DNA of 64,000 nucleotides from Tubulanus polymorphus (Eukaryota; Animalia; Nemertea): NCBI RefSeq assembly GCF_964204645.1, contig NC_134032.1, positions 10,094,275 to 10,158,274 of the forward strand, read 5' to 3'. Shown piece by piece: positions 63,049 to 64,000 of this stretch (position 1 is its first letter; each line of letters starts with the position of its first letter). The notes under the pieces were generated by a model. It saw only the letters and a program-made list of their open reading frames with translations, ran no database searches and was not told where the DNA came from. The position numbers and the translations under genes were made by a program.

Positions 63049-63945
63049 ATGGCGTCTACCATCACTTGGGAAAGTAAGCAGAATTTCAACCAGTTTTTAA
63101 GCGAAATAACGATGAAATACGGCCGAGAATTCGTTTAAACTAATTTCTTCATCAAGATGATTCAATTCCCGAATATGCTTGAAATATTTTTTTGAGATGT
63201 TGACCCCGCAAAGCGGAAAAGTCGAGGGTGAAACGGTGGAAATTTCGCGTTCAATATGGTTGTTAGGTTCGAACCCCGCCGGGTCCCCATATCCCGATTA
63301 GATATCTGCTGCTAAAATGAATTGAATGTTGAAATTGTCCTGTCTTTGCGGCCAGCCTGCGTATCCATGAGGGATTCCTAAACTATTGTGGGCCTGGGGG
63401 TTTCCTGTCCTGTCGACGTCCAATTTTTCCGAAAAGCTCAATCTGATCGATGTTCAATTTCTTTCTTGCTCACAGCCGCTCGAGATTTGTTGAAGAAATT
63501 CCGCGAAGATAACGTGCGCAACAGTAAAGAGATAGTCGACCTGTGGGAGGTGTTTCAATACGACTTCAAGTATAAACTAGGAGATGAAGGTACATTTTCA
63601 GAATTCTTGTCTTGGGGAAAATCAAAAAATTACAGGGGCCCTCATTTGAAGTTCGGAGGTGAACTGTAGCTTAGCTCATCCAGTTGAATATCTCTGGTAC
63701 TATAAAAAGTACTGGCATTCTGGATGAACTAAGCTACTATTCACCTACAAACTTCAAATATGAGCCCCTGCGTGAAAAATGAATTCCTCCTGCAAGAAAT
63801 GATTTTTTGTGAAAGGTGAATTTGAAACTTTTTATTTTAATTTTCATTTCATAAATTGTTTTCTTTTTTTGTTTTGGCAGTTTGGCAGGTTTATGAGCAA
63901 GTGGCGCTGGCTGCGTTAGACATCTATGACATAGAACTCGCCGGG
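63049..63945 (+). CDS. EMC2: ER membrane protein complex subunit 2 (TTC35), first three exons 63049-63073, 63476-63589, 63881-63945; continues beyond the window
   Basis: MASTITWETARDLLKKFREDNVRNSKEIVDLWE..KLGDEVWQVYEQVALAALD matches the EMC2 N-terminal signature; junctions are in phase. Confidence 0.9.
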
Positions 63946-64000
63946 GTAAGTATGGCCTGCATGAATAAGAATTTGACATTACCCCCGTAGGCTAAATAGG

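Noticed and set aside
63255-63300. GGTTCGAACCCC B-box, possible tRNA (similar motifs at ~11070 and ~26815)
   Set aside because: No cloverleaf or acceptor stem; at most tRNA-derived SINE heads.

Overview
AT-rich metazoan (invertebrate, probably lophotrochozoan) genomic DNA with spliceosomal introns. Left end (1-6.4 kb): two head-to-tail RTE-X-like LINEs. 7-33 kb: a segmentally duplicated accessory locus on the minus strand. It holds five paralogous intronless rhodopsin-class peptide-type GPCRs. Interleaved with them, and invisible to the ORF track, are two small two-exon genes for secreted 6-Cys knottin (ICK-like, C-C-CC-C-C) peptides with a conserved signal peptide and a highly divergent mature region. 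One GPCR copy carries a 111-bp in-frame GT..AG insertion flanked by a duplicated AGGT, a candidate newly gained intron. To the right are a near-identical 2-kb tandem duplication, a UBA + PTH2 peptidyl-tRNA hydrolase gene (-), a sixth and divergent intronless GPCR (+), an NKAIN gene with several alternative C-terminal exons (+), DNALI1 (-) and the 5' part of EMC2 (+). DNALI1 and EMC2 share a short bidirectional promoter with an X-box-like motif. MITEs, foldback elements and minisatellites are scattered throughout. All gene models and family calls come from manual reading and motif recognition, not database searches.
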